From: Squalus acanthias
Taxonomy: Eukaryota
Length of the DNA: 64,000 nt
Assembly: GCA_030390025.1 (NCBI GenBank)
Contig: CM059432.1
Span: forward strand, 63,862,001-63,926,000
Direction of reading: 5' to 3'
This document shows positions 1-11,679 of this stretch, in pieces. The position numbers and the translations under genes are program-made. Within the stretch, counting starts at the first letter, position 1; every line of letters starts with the position of its first letter. A model generated the notes under the pieces. It saw nothing but the letters and a program-made list of their open reading frames with translations. It ran no database searches and was not told the origin of the DNA.

Positions 1-24
1 ACTCTTGTGCCTTTCTGCTTTCAG

Positions 25-1277
25 ATAGCCAAGAACTGCAACCTGGCCAGGCAGTGGTGGAGGAGCAGGAATTGGAGGAAGAAGAAGGCAGTGATGGTGA
101 AGACATAGCACCATCACTCGATTTCACACTCGCAGCCACCAGCTCAGATACTGACACTCCATGTACTTTAGAGGATAGTTTAGATGTGGGATATGCATGT
201 GGTGAAACACTGGGAATGAGTGGCCTGCAGTCAGGGCAGGAGACAAGGGTAGCGCAGGTGCCAGCTCGCCGGAGGGCGAGGTCACACACGAGTTCTGCTG
301 CAGAGGACTCAGATGAGGACTTTGATGGGGCAGCCTATAGAAGAAAGCTGATGGGCAATATTCCCTCTAATTTTGTTTGGCCCTGCGCGGCCCCTTTAAG
401 CCTTGGTGCAGGAGATGGACAGGAGGAGAGAGGTCCTCTATCCACAGGGGGCCAGGACACTGCGGGGCCGCGCAGCTTACAGAAAACATTGCTGATGGGT
501 ATGCACAATGAAATGCTTGGTGTATTGCCGGGCCTGTCAAATGCCTGCGTGCAATGTCAAGGAGCATGGAGGAGTTCGGCACCAACCTTGCACAGGGCTT
601 TATGCAGAGCTTGGAGCCTGTCCTTTCCAGCATGGAAGTGATGGCCAACTCCATTACCGCACTTGTGGACCCAACCATGATGCAGCGTCTGATGGCCAAT
701 GTCTCAGCTTCCATTGCAACACAAGCAGAAGCCACCCAACGTCTGGGTGCTGCAGTAGAAACTCAGACTTCGGTCATGCAAGTTCAGCTTGTTGCCACAC
801 CAGCAAAGTTTGCTGCAACGCAAGCTCAGGTTGCTGCCATCGTTGCTACAGTTACTAGTGTTGAAAGGAGCTTGCAGGGTGTAACAGCAGTCCAGTAATC
901 TGTCCTCCAACAGATTACTAGGAATGCTGAGGCACCACCCCGGGGAGTGGCAGTGGCCCCGTGGAGCATGACCCTGCTGTCCTCTCTGAGGATGACAACA
1001 TTCCTACTGTCACCACTGCCACTCCGTCAGTGCACTTACTGTTGCCTGTCAGTCAGCCAGTCTGGACTGCTGCCGCCCATGCTGAGATGGTGCAGTCCGA
1101 AGCCAGTCCAGAGCTGCTCGAGATCATCTACCAAGGCAATCTGCAGTCTCACCCACTGAAAGTCACCAGCCCTCCACCAGCCATGCTGCAGTCACTGGGG
1201 TAGCACTGCGAAGGAGCACTAGGACAGGCAAAGGCACACTGAAGACAGGCACTATGGGAATGTGCAAGGGTGATTAG
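25..1277 (+). pseudogene. Last exon of the Harbinger Myb/SANT-like accessory gene, disrupted
   Basis: Acceptor ctgctttcag|at (AG 23-24) matches the exon-3 acceptor at 31335-31336. Peptides LMGMHNEMLG, EDDNIPT and TAAAHAEMVQS align to 31426..32319. Frameshifts and an in-frame TAA at 896-898. Confidence 0.8.
356..491. mobile_element. 136-bp hAT-type MITE
   Basis: 8-bp TSD CTGATGGG (348-355, 492-499). Imperfect TIRs CAATATTCCCTCTAA / TTACAGAAAACATTG (11/15). Internal inverted repeat CTGCGCGGCCCC / GGGGCCGCGCAG. Confidence 0.85.
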
Positions 1278-1429
1278 TTGACTTTGGTATGTAATACTGG
1301 ATGGTTTGATCTATAAATTTGGGTTGGAATGTTTGTTTTCTGGTGGCTTTTATTGTAGCATTGTGGCCAAGAGGGTGCTGTGATGGTCAGTAACAGAGGA
1401 AGGTAAGGAATGGTGAATTGGGTTTATGT

Positions 1430-2563
1430 TCACTGGTACTGTAGTCAGATGAGTCGATCCTGGACAGGCCGGCCAGAAAGGGGTTATGTTGGTTGCCTCC
1501 TCCCTTCCTCTTCCTCCTCCTCCTCCTCAGCTCTTCACCGTATACCTGGTGGCAAGTGCTGTGCCCTAATGATGGCGAGGTTGTGCAGCATGCAGCGGAC
1601 CACGAAAAATCTTGAGACGCGCGTTGGTGAGTACTGCAGGCCTCCTCCAGAGCGGTCCAGGCAGCGGAAGCATTATTTAAGTACCCCAATTGTCTGCGCA
1701 ATCACTTTCCATGTGGCAGCATGGCGTTCATTATATGCATGCTGCCCACGGGTGCTTGTGTTGTGCACCAGAGTCATGAACCAGGTTATCAGAGGATAGC
1801 CCTTGTCGCCCAGTAGCCACCCTCTAGTTTGTCATGGTAGCTCAAATGCGATGGTACAGCGGACTGCCACAGAATGAAGGCATCATGACTGCTGTCAGGA
1901 TATCGAGCGTTGACCTGCATGATTCGCTAAGTATGGTGGCACACCAGCTGGACAGTGAGGAAGTGGAATCCCTTTCGGTTCCAGTACATCTCAGAATTCA
2001 CATGCAGCACCCGCAGAGCGACGTGTGTGCAGTCAATGGCATCCTGCACCATGGGGAAGCCTGCTATCCTGGGGAAGCGCATTCTCGCTCCGCCTGCTTC
2101 TCTCTGGCAAGAGAGAATGAAATGTATTCACCTCTCTTTGCATACAGAGCTTCAGTGACCTCCATTATGCAACAGTGCACGGCAAACTGTGAGATGTTTG
2201 AAATATCGCCTGCTCCAGCCTGGAAGGAGGGCGACGCATAAAATTTCATGGTCACGCTCACCTTCACAGCCACTGGCAATGCCGTCCTCGCCCTGCTCTG
2301 AGGCTGCAGTTCTGCCTGCAACAGGTGTCAGATTTCAGTGAGCAACTCCTTAGTGAAGTGGAGACGTCGCATACACTGTTCCTCACTGAGGTTGCAGTAG
2401 GTGGATTGTTCCCTGAAGACCCTGGGTGGATATGGCCTCCAGCTGAGAGCCCTTCTCCCCCTCCTCCTCCTCCCTCTTCAAGCAGCTTGTCCTCCTCTGT
2501 GTCACCTCTCCTCATTCTCTCTGTCATGCTGCAGCCAAGGGGGATACAAACTACAGCACCCAT
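1430..2563 (-). pseudogene. Harbinger DDE transposase pseudogene
   Basis: Fragments TALPVAVKVSVTMKFYASPSFQAGAGDISNISQFAVH, AIDCTHV and LLGDKGYP, spread over several frames, plus a Glu-rich tail. Confidence 0.9.
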
Positions 2564-3183
2564 GTCTGGGAGAAACTGGACAGAGCAGAAGCCTTGAAGT
2601 AACCTGCCGCAGCACTTCCTGGACACTTCAGCAACTTCAAGTAAGATAACAAACCAAACACTTCTACAAACTCACCAAGTACCAGTAGAAATCAATCAGC
2701 AACTAACCTGAAAGCAGCTGATGATCCCTTTAAATAGCGCTGGTGGGGTGTTCTTCCTGCTGCTGAACGCATGTTCAGCTGTGCGTGTTTCAGAGAGGGC
2801 GTTAACTGGAGCATTGAGGTCAAAAATGGCAGTGCTTGCGTCAAATCAGCGTTACGTGCTGACTGACATCACGATCTGTCTACACTGCTTATTTTTGGCG
2901 CCGCTCCCAGCACCCGCGCTAATGACCTCACCAAAATGGCATCCGGTGTGGCCCGCACCAGAAGTGTGCACGCACGGTGCGGACGCCAGTTTGGACCTAA
3001 AACAGCATCTGTAGTGCCGACAAACCGGGTGCTACAGAGCCAAATGTCGCAGCTCAGGTTTCTGGTTAGCACCTCCAGGCAAGTTCAAATTATGGTAATC
3101 GGCAATTAGGACCAAAATTGTCTGCTAAATTGGGACTTTCAAACAGACAAGTCTTATTAGCACTGCATCCATTTAGTGCCTTT

Positions 3184-4827
3184 TGTAAAATTCGCAATTA
3201 TCGCGATTCAAAATAACGAGATAAAGCAGATTCGTTTCATCAGTTTTATTTCAACGAAATGCTGTCATGATTAAACAGGACACAGAAGCCTGTAAAATGG
3301 CCGCCGCGCCTCGTGGCAGAAGCTTCCAGAATTTTCAGTGGGCAGACAAAATGGCGTTCGAATAAACATTTCAGTATAAGATTGGTTAATACGCAGCAAA
3401 CACTGATAAAGACAGGATGCAACCTGTCTGCATTCGACACAATAGCAAAGATATAAGTGCTGGAATCATTTTCCATGCACAAGTAAGGACCATTGTAATG
3501 GGCAATCGAAGGCCCATCCAGATACATCCATACGCAAATTCCCCACGGCTCTACAATGAGAGAGCCATTCTCGGGTACTTACACAAGTATTCGGAGGCCC
3601 CCAAAACCCCGCCAGGGAGGCTCCTAGCCGGTTCGACAATGGGGAAAACATTAACGGGTAGTTGGCCAGTTTAAGGTGCTACCGAAACCCATTACAAACA
3701 AGAATCACCCCATACTGGGAATTTTGAGCGCCAAGATTTTACAAAGGATGAACATTAAGATTGGGCGGGAGATAAGGAAAACACAGCACTATAACTATAG
3801 TGAACAAATGTCCATCGGTCTCTGGTCTTTTGACTCTTATCTTGCTGCTGGCTGCTGAACGCTCTTATTCCTCTGATCCTCCCGGGGCTGATTCGTTTGA
3901 ACTTTGGAACGAGTCACCTCGACGGAGGCCAGTGACCGGGTGCACCATCCCGAGGGTTGGTAAACGGTGTTCTGGACCCGAAGGCCCGACGTGACGAGAT
4001 GAGAAGAGAAGAAGAAGAATCCACGTGCCGCCGCGGTCAGTAAACCCCGACCGCGCCCGTAAATATAAAGACCATTTTTGAACTCTATCAGGTTGCTGCC
4101 GAACCAGTGGAAGACTCTCTTTCGAATTCTATCGACAACCGGTGTCAATACAGGAAGACTCTTCTTTGAATTCTACCGGCTAACTGGTGTCGGTCCAGAA
4201 AGACTTTTCTTTGAGTTCTACAGCCGGGCCCGAGCACTGTCGAGTTCTTCATGACAACGGGGAGCCCAGCCTGCTAGCCGGAGCAGAGAAGATAAACAAG
4301 TGGGGTACAGAGACCCCTTCCAACACGTGACAGTCAGGTGTTGCAGCGAAACAAGCCGAGTGCCTCGTTTAAAATTCTCCGAAGTATCACGAGTGGTGAG
4401 CATGTTTCCTCGATCCTACAAATCTAGATTAGTGTAGGTATTGATAGAGGAGGGTGATTTTATTAAGGATAAATATAATGTGTTCCCCTTTTTACGATGT
4501 GCCATGCGTTCCTAATTACCCTAGACCAAGCTTTATGAATGTATGTATACTTGTACTGTCATTAATTTGTGCCTATGACATGTACTTCATGATTTTGGAC
4601 GTTATGCAATAAAGATTTCCATTTCGTACTATTCAACCGGGTCTATCTGAGTTTTCTCTGCATTACTGCTCTCGCACCTAAGTCCAGTGTTAGAACCGTA
4701 AGGGCGAGTGGGTCGAACCACTCACAGGTGCTTATTGCAACAAGGCTGGCCGGAGACCAGAGCAAGCAATAGTATTAGGCAACGAAGGCCTAACCCCGTA
4801 CAAGCACCCCGTACCGAACCCCTTACA
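3184..4827 (+). mobile_element. Solo LTR, 1644 bp (Gypsy/ERV-type)
   Basis: TGTAA...TTACA termini, 4-bp TSD CTTT (3180-3183, 4828-4831), TATA-like AATATAAA near 4062, AATAAA 4608-4613. Confidence 0.75.
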
Positions 4828-4839
4828 CTTTGGCCAAAA

Positions 4840-6170
4840 TACCACCCGCCCAACTGATAAATCTGTACTCCTTCATGTTGAACACCACCTGGAGAGATCA
4901 CTGAGTGAAGCAAGGGCATAAAATATACTCTAGGTGCGGACTTCAATGTTCAACACCAAGAGAGGCTCAGTAGTACCACCCCTGGCCGACTCCTGAAAGA
5001 CATAACTGCTACACGAGACACATAGCAAGTGGTGGAGATCCAATATGATGTAATAGCCTACTTGACATTTCTTTCACAAGCCTACCTGTCACAGCCACAT
5101 CTGTGCACAATAGCCTAGGTAGTTTTGACCACCGCACAGTCTTTGTGAAGACACAATGGCCCAGAAATTAATGACGGAGCCTTCGTGCGGGGGTAAGGCT
5201 TCCCCGCGATATCTCACTGCGCGCCTGCCTTTTCATTCCGAGCTCGCACGAACTTGATTTTCTAGACAGCAGCTGTGCAGTGCTTCCGTATCCCACAGGC
5301 GCAGTTAATTCGTGCGAGCTGTGGGATCACGTGATTCAGTTAGAGCCAATGGCAGCACACCATCTTTCATTCATAGTTTTCACAGCAAGGGCTGTGAAAG
5401 CTATGAATCTATACCCCCCCAAAAGAACAGCTAAACCTCAATTAAATTTAAAAAAATAAACCATCACATTAATAAAATAAGTATAGTTAAATTAACCACT
5501 TTAAACAAAAAATTAAATTTTTGAAAAAATTTAAAATCTTTTAAAAAGTTATAAAAATAAACTTACCTTTCTTTAAAGTCTCTAAAAAAGATATACCTGT
5601 TGAAAAAAATTCAAAATAATACTTAATTAACTACTTACCTTGTTAAAAGAGGGTCTTACGCCTCCTTTCTTTATGTGCAAAATCTTCCATGCTTACCTGC
5701 GCGTTCAAAGCACTAAGTGCACTGCGTGCGCGCAAGCCTGTAGCGCGCACGCGGTTCACCTAGGAACCGCCCCCTTTTGAAATCACCAAGTGCCGGTTTT
5801 CAGCGCATGCGCAGTGCATGCAGAAAACCGGCAATTGGAGACAGAATACGCGAGAGTACACAGTGCATACTCTCGCGTAGAGACACTAATTTTTGGGCCA
5901 ATATCATCTTCATCATGCAGCACCTCCCCCTGTAACCTCTACCACTGAGAAGGACAAGAAGGTCATGAGCACATCATCACCTGCAAGATCCCCTCCAGTC
6001 ACACACAATCATGACTTGGACATATACCTCCATTTCATCATCGTTGCTGAGTCAAAATCCTGAAATACCCTACGTAATACCATTGTGAAAGTACATCGCC
6101 ACAAAGGTTTCAGTGGTTCAAATAGAAAGCCCACCACCACCTTCTCAGCAAGGGATGGGCAATATTTGTG
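4840..6170 (+). mobile_element. Degraded, internally deleted LINE (CR1-group family B): endonuclease-like piece plus 3' end
   Basis: Degenerate DKSVLLHVEHHLE...DFNV (APE-like). The 3' part matches the 3' end of the copies at 16993, 27261 and 55251. Confidence 0.65.
5158..5899. mobile_element. Harbinger-type MITE, 742 bp
   Basis: TIRs GGCCCAGAAATTA / TAATTTTTGGGCC, 3-bp TSD AAT (5155-5157, 5900-5902), AT-rich core. Confidence 0.85.
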
Positions 6171-7931
6171 GCCTGACCAGCTGAGAATAATTTTTTTTTT
6201 AAAAATCAGCTCTCTTATTGGAAAGCCGATCCAATCAGGCAAAGGTACTGTTTCCAGGGTCTTTCAGACCTGGAGACCTCAGAGGCCCTCAATTAAACCA
6301 CCTGTGTCAACCTGAACGTGAGGTTCTGGTCGCTTAGCATTGCAAAGGCCAGAGGCCGAGGGGAAATTCCAGGTTTGGAAATGCTCTCCCTCCATCCCCA
6401 ATCCCACGCCCTCCATTGTCATGGACCACATTCTTTGGGGAGGACCCGCCATTCTCCCCAAGCACACGCTGATGGAAATTCGCAGCCTGGGCTATGACCC
6501 AGTATATCCAGGTACTGCCTGATTTTCCACCCTGATTTTCCAGGGAGTGCATGCGAGGCACATGGAAATTCGGAGCCTCCATTTTTTTTTATTGAGAAGT
6601 CTGGGTGAAGCGCAAATGAGCAAGATCAAGAAAACCACCAAGGTTGAAATGAGCTAGAGGTCAGATGAGAAACATCAAGAAATTATGGTTCGGTGATGCC
6701 AAGCTTGGGTTTTTAAAACTTGTACTCTACAAAAAAAAGGAATACTGAGAGAGGTAAGGTTTCACTGTTTTAATCGTTAGTTATTCTGTGGTATCACTAA
6801 TGCATTATGGCATGCATATCACTTTGATGAATCTCATGAAATACTGTATCTGATTTGCCTTTGCAACTGCTGCCTTATAATAGGATGATGGCCAACTATG
6901 AAACATAATCCTGATACTAAATCGGCTCCAGCATGTCTGAAGAAAAAGGACTCTTAAAAGGACACATTGTGAAAGAGCACACAGCAGAGGATAGATCATC
7001 ATAGCAAGAAGAATGAGTCCAGGCCACCTGGAGGTCATTTTGAACACCTGCATATATTATGTTGTGGAAACTGAGAGGAAGCAAGTGAAGTGTCAATCAA
7101 TCATAGATTGTATTTGTAGGAACCTATTGTTGACAAACCGCTGCTCCAGAGGTGTGGTTCAATGTTAAAAAGGGCTTTTAAAAGTTAGGCAGAATTCAGA
7201 GTGGAAATGAAACACAGCTCCACCACAACTGTTCCACGTTTGCCTATCGCTTCCCAGCGACACCACCTCACCTGGTATCTTCCTGACTGTTCGCAATCTC
7301 ACAGCTTCATGCCTCGATGCAGGCTTACAGATTGCCTGTGAAGCAGATGACATGGATAAAAGAGAAAGCCATACCACACTGCAACAGTGTCCATCCAAAT
7401 ACATGGAATCTTCCAGACAAGCTTGAACCAAACACAAGTATAACTTTTGTTATGGGATTAGTCTAAGATAGACATATTGGCGTGCAAATTGGGCCACTTA
7501 CCGCCACCCGTTTGCGCCATTGTCCTGGTGAAAAATGGTGGTCACCACTCTAGCATCCTTCTCTGGCGCGGGACGCAGCATTTTGGTGAGGACCTTAGTG
7601 CTGCCAATAGCAGCGCTGACCCTGGACATGTAAATGAAGAGAAGGTGATGTCAGTCAGCGTGCAATGCCGACTTAACATCATCTCAGCGAACTTGAACCA
7701 TAGCGTTGAGTTCAGTGCTGGGTCCTAAACTCTCTGAAATCAAGTATTCAGCAGACTGACAGAGATGCTGTCAGCACCTCTTAAAGGGACACGCACATCT
7801 TTCAAGTAATTTTGCATTTAAGCTTTTGGACTGGATTTTTTTTATTCTATTGAAGCCGTGATTTGGTGCAATACATGTAGTGCTGCTGGATGCTTGCAAG
7901 GCCTCGGATGGTGAAGGAAGGCCTCTGAGAA

Positions 7932-8071
7932 GACAGGAAATACTGGAAATACTCAGCTAGTCAGGCAGCATCTGTGGGGAGAGAAACAGAGTTCACGTCT
8001 CAGGTCGAGATGCTGCCTGACCTGCTGAGTGTTTCCAGCATTTTAAGCTTTTATTTCAGATTGACAGCATC
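7932..8071. repeat. Short hairpin repeat, probably Penelope-like-element derived
   Basis: Inverted arms ACTGGAAATACTCAGCTAGTCAGGCAGCATCT / AGATGCTGCCTGACCTGCTGAGTGTTTCCAGC. The family assignment is from recall of shark repeats and is unverified. Confidence 0.55.
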
Positions 8072-9331
8072 CGTTCGCGGAGGGAAGAGGAAGACGCAGA
8101 AGAGGAGGAAGCAGAAGAGGAGGAAGCAGAAGAGGAGGAAGCAGAAGGACGGATGCAACCCAGACAGCCCCTTTCTGGCCGGGATATCCGGGATGGAATC
8201 ATCCACCTGCGGTACCAGTGACCACAACCCCAATTCCGCTTTCAACATTTGTCCCACACCTTCCCTTCCCTCTGTTACTGCCCATCACAGCATCCTCTTG
8301 GCCACAATGCTGAAATAAAAGCCACCACAAAGCAAACTTTCCAATCCAACTTTATACATCTATCCATCCAATATGATATCAAGAAATCAACTCATCACCC
8401 TTATGCATTCCCTTAGTGAATGTTTTGTTTGTGCCTTTGCCTATCCTACTGATGTCACGCAGTGCTACCCCAGTGGCTGCAGCATGGCTGGTGGAAGGCT
8501 GCTGACTTTCAGTGGGGCCACTGCAAATGGCCTTGCTGGTCAACCTTGAGGAGCTGGTGGCTGGGAGTGTGAAATCAAGTGACGGTTTTTCTTCTTCTTC
8601 TTGTTCCTCTTCTTGGGAACCCACTGGCTGGGCAGACTGCATTTCTTGGGTCTGTGAAATGAGGAAGGGACAAGTGTGGAGTTGTGGTGAGGGGAGGGCA
8701 GGAAAGCAAGAGGTGCATGCCAGAAGGAGTATAAAGTATGAGGATACCCGCATCTTGTATCCTTTTAGCCCCACCGCTGACCAAGGGCACAGCAATGGCC
8801 CTGCCAAGAATGGCCAGCACCGTCTCCTTCAAGGGGGTGAGGCGAAACTAGGAATGTGAGATGTGCCTCGTGATTGGTATAGATTGTTGGTGGTTGAGTG
8901 ATGGGGGTGGTGGTCATGCATTGAGCAGTGTGTGAGGCTAGTGGTGCAGTTGGTAGGAGACGGCTTTTGAAGATGCATTCACTGAGCTTGACCAGTTGTC
9001 TGAGGTCATGAAGTTTCTTTGAGCACTGGAGCCAGGTGGTGGTTGCGACACTACTGGCAGTGACGGCCTCGGTGATGTACTCTCACATTGTTCTTCCTGG
9101 AGGGCCTCTGGCCCCTGTGGGTAGAGGACATGTCTTGCAGTGTTGACCCCCTGCACAAAGCTGGAGTGCTGCATGCGAGACCCTGGGTGCCTCTTCCTTG
9201 GCTTGCTGAGCCATTTGTGTTAGTGCTGAAGTACTTTTCCCTGTTATTAGGTGCGGAAGAGAATTCAGCTTTAAGAGCTGAAGACTCCCATTTGGGAATT
9301 CTTTTTAATGTTATTTTTTTCATAAAGCAGT

Positions 9332-9550
9332 TGACATGAATCTGTCATTCATGACTTATGAAATAATACTGAGTGGCCTGCGGGTGGCGCTGTCCAGGGA
9401 AAGTATAAATACTCGGGCACGGGCCCAGCTTGCGCAGGGCATTCTTAACAGGAACTAGCGAAGGACACAACTAGACCTCCATGTTGTAAAACAGTTGATT
9501 AAAGCTTTGTTTAACGCTTAGACCAAGTGCCTAGTAGTTTTCTTACGTCA
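9332..9550 (+). mobile_element. 219-bp solo LTR, copy 1
   Basis: TGA...TCA ends, 5-bp TSD GCAGT (9327-9331, 9551-9555), TATAAATA box, ATTAAA signal. Second copy at 54037-54255. Confidence 0.9.
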
Positions 9551-10366
9551 GCAGTTGAGCTGTAAGGGCTAAAAACTGCCTATTTTTATATGATTTTTTT
9601 ATTTCAGAAGGTACTGCCCCTTTAAGAGACCGACAGTGCTTTCTGAAATGACAGCCTCGAATTACGCTACGGCCATGCTACATTGGGGCCTCCTGCCAGG
9701 ACGAACGCCACCAGGACGGCGTTGCACAGTGAGTTTAGTGCTGGGCTAATGTTAATTAGTCCCCAGCGCCAGTTTGTCGGTCCTGCCAGCGCCACCTTTT
9801 TCTGCAGCTGTTAACACCGGCCCGCGGTGGCACCGGCAGCTTTTGTGGCGTTCACGAATTTCTAGGCCTTGATTTCTGAAAGATTATGCAATTTGGAAAT
9901 TCAGGAGGTGTTGTATTGTTAAGGCAATTCTAATTCGTACATAAACCCAAGATATTGTTTCAATTTTAATGTCAATTTTATAGTGTATTAATAATAAATG
10001 ATTGTTTTCTTTTTAAAGCCACGTTTTTTGCCTGAAGTTTTGTTAAGAAAAAGAGCCCATGAAGATAAAAATTAAATTAAATCATGTGGAGATAAAAAGG
10101 CAATGCCCCAAGTTAAAGTGTAAAATCACTTTGCACCTTTTTGCTCCTGCAACTATTACACCTAGATTATTTCTAATTCTCCTAACTTAATGACAGCGGG
10201 ACATGCTCGTGGGGCTAAATGACCTATGTTCCTCTATATTTAATTTTGTAATCAGGGGAAAATGGAAATGTTACAGTGGTGAAGAAGGGATACATTTTTG
10301 AGATTCAGACATTACAGTAGAGTGTTTATTCTGAATCCATTGAATTACCTTGACCTCTGCAGTTAA

Positions 10367-10628
10367 GGCCACGATTTTAACTCCAGGTGGCTCCCCCGCT
10401 CAGGCCTGAGTTAAAATTACATTCGGGTCTCAATGATGTCATTAGGTCGCAACATGCATATGTAAAGAAGGACCCTGTTGGTTCCGGGTGCATGTCCTTG
10501 CTGCCTACTCAGAAGAACCGGTTAAACTTGCCGATGTTGCAATCATGGTGGCTTTCAGACAGGTAAGAGCCAGGGCGATTTTAACTGCCCACCAACCAGA
10601 TTACTGCTGAGCGAGTAGAGTTAAATCA
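10367..10628. mobile_element. Harbinger-type MITE, right end cut by the adjacent CR1
   Basis: TAA|GGCCACGATTTTAAC start, repeated GATTTTAAC/GTTAAA motifs, no second TSD. Confidence 0.45.
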
Positions 10629-11629
10629 AGCAGGAAACTATAGGCCAGTTAGCCTAACATCTCTCATTGGGAAAATGCTGGAATCCATTATTAAGGAGGT
10701 AGCAGCAGGATATTTAGAAAATCATAAGACAATCAAGCAGAGTCAACATGGTTTTATGAAAGGGAAATCGTGTTTGACAAATTTGCTAGAGTTCTTTGAG
10801 GATGTAACAAACAGGGTGGATAAAGGGGAACCAGTGGATGTGGTGTATTTGGATTTCCAGAAGGCATTCGATAAGGTGTCACATAAAAGGTTACTGCACA
10901 AGATAAGAGCGCATGGGGTTGGGGGTAATATTTTGGCATGGATAGGGGATTGGCTAACTAACAGAAAACAGAGAGTCGGGATAAATGGATCATTTTCCAG
11001 TTGGCAACCAGTAAATAGTGGGGTGCCACAGGGATCAGTGCTGGGGCATCAACTATTTACAATCTATATTACTGACTTGGATGAAGGGACCGAGTGTACT
11101 ATAGCCAAATTTGCTGATGATACAAAGATAGGTGGGTTAGCAAGTTGTGAGGAGGACACAAAGGGCTGGATTTTGAATGACCCATGGAGTCGGGTTTGGA
11201 GGCGTGTGGGGGGTTAAATTTGCGGGGTCGGGGTTTCCGACCCCATCCCGACTCCACGCAATTTTGACATAATCAGTCGCGGGGTTCCCAACTCCGTCCC
11301 ACCTTCAAGAGGCGGGAGAGGCCATTAAAGCCCTTAACAAGCTCTAAATTGGCTCTGTAATGCCATTTTGAAATGCTGTAGCTAGTTTAACCCTTTTCTG
11401 ACGTGAAGCACGCCTGGTGTGAAACACTCCAGTGAAACCTGGCGGGAGCACAAGTGGATAGCTGACTATCGGCTGCAGGTCCACTATTACAACGGAGATG
11501 TGATGAAGGTAGTAGTAGTAATAGGTCTGAACGTCGCCTCTGATACTGCTGCATTGAATGTCTTCAGAGACTGCCTGGGAGGACTTGCTTGGCCAAAAAA
11601 TTCATTCTCTGTCTCTGTCTCTGTCTCTG

Positions 11630-11679
<50 letters not shown>

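Larger units (their letters stand above)
1..3067. mobile_element. PIF/Harbinger DNA transposon A, decayed; left part lies outside the window
   Basis: Same convergent layout as the intact element at 30083-34287: last exon of the accessory gene on +, transposase on -, shared CCTTTAAATAGCGC motif at 2727-2740, GCGC-rich subterminal region. Right end approximate. Confidence 0.85.
7479..9868. mobile_element. PIF/Harbinger element B, internally deleted, opposite orientation to A and D
   Basis: Transposase acidic C-terminus on + (~8080-8221). Accessory-gene remnants on - (SLDFTL, QQPSTSHAAATGVALR, Myb-like piece ~8990-9200). Imperfect ends GGCGTGCAAATT / AATTTCTAGGCC. Confidence 0.75.

Noticed and set aside
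4066..4220. CRISPR-like repeat-spacer pattern
   Set aside because: The repeats are degenerate, the spacers resemble each other, there are no cas genes, and the array lies inside a eukaryotic LTR.
6800..7440. Short ORFs 6805..7053 and 7165..7437 as host exons
   Set aside because: No recognisable protein or consistent splice structure.
7932..8071. Hammerhead ribozyme or miRNA hairpin
   Set aside because: No CTGATGA core is present and the GAAAC position reads GAGAC; the hairpin is explained by a repeat's inverted arms.
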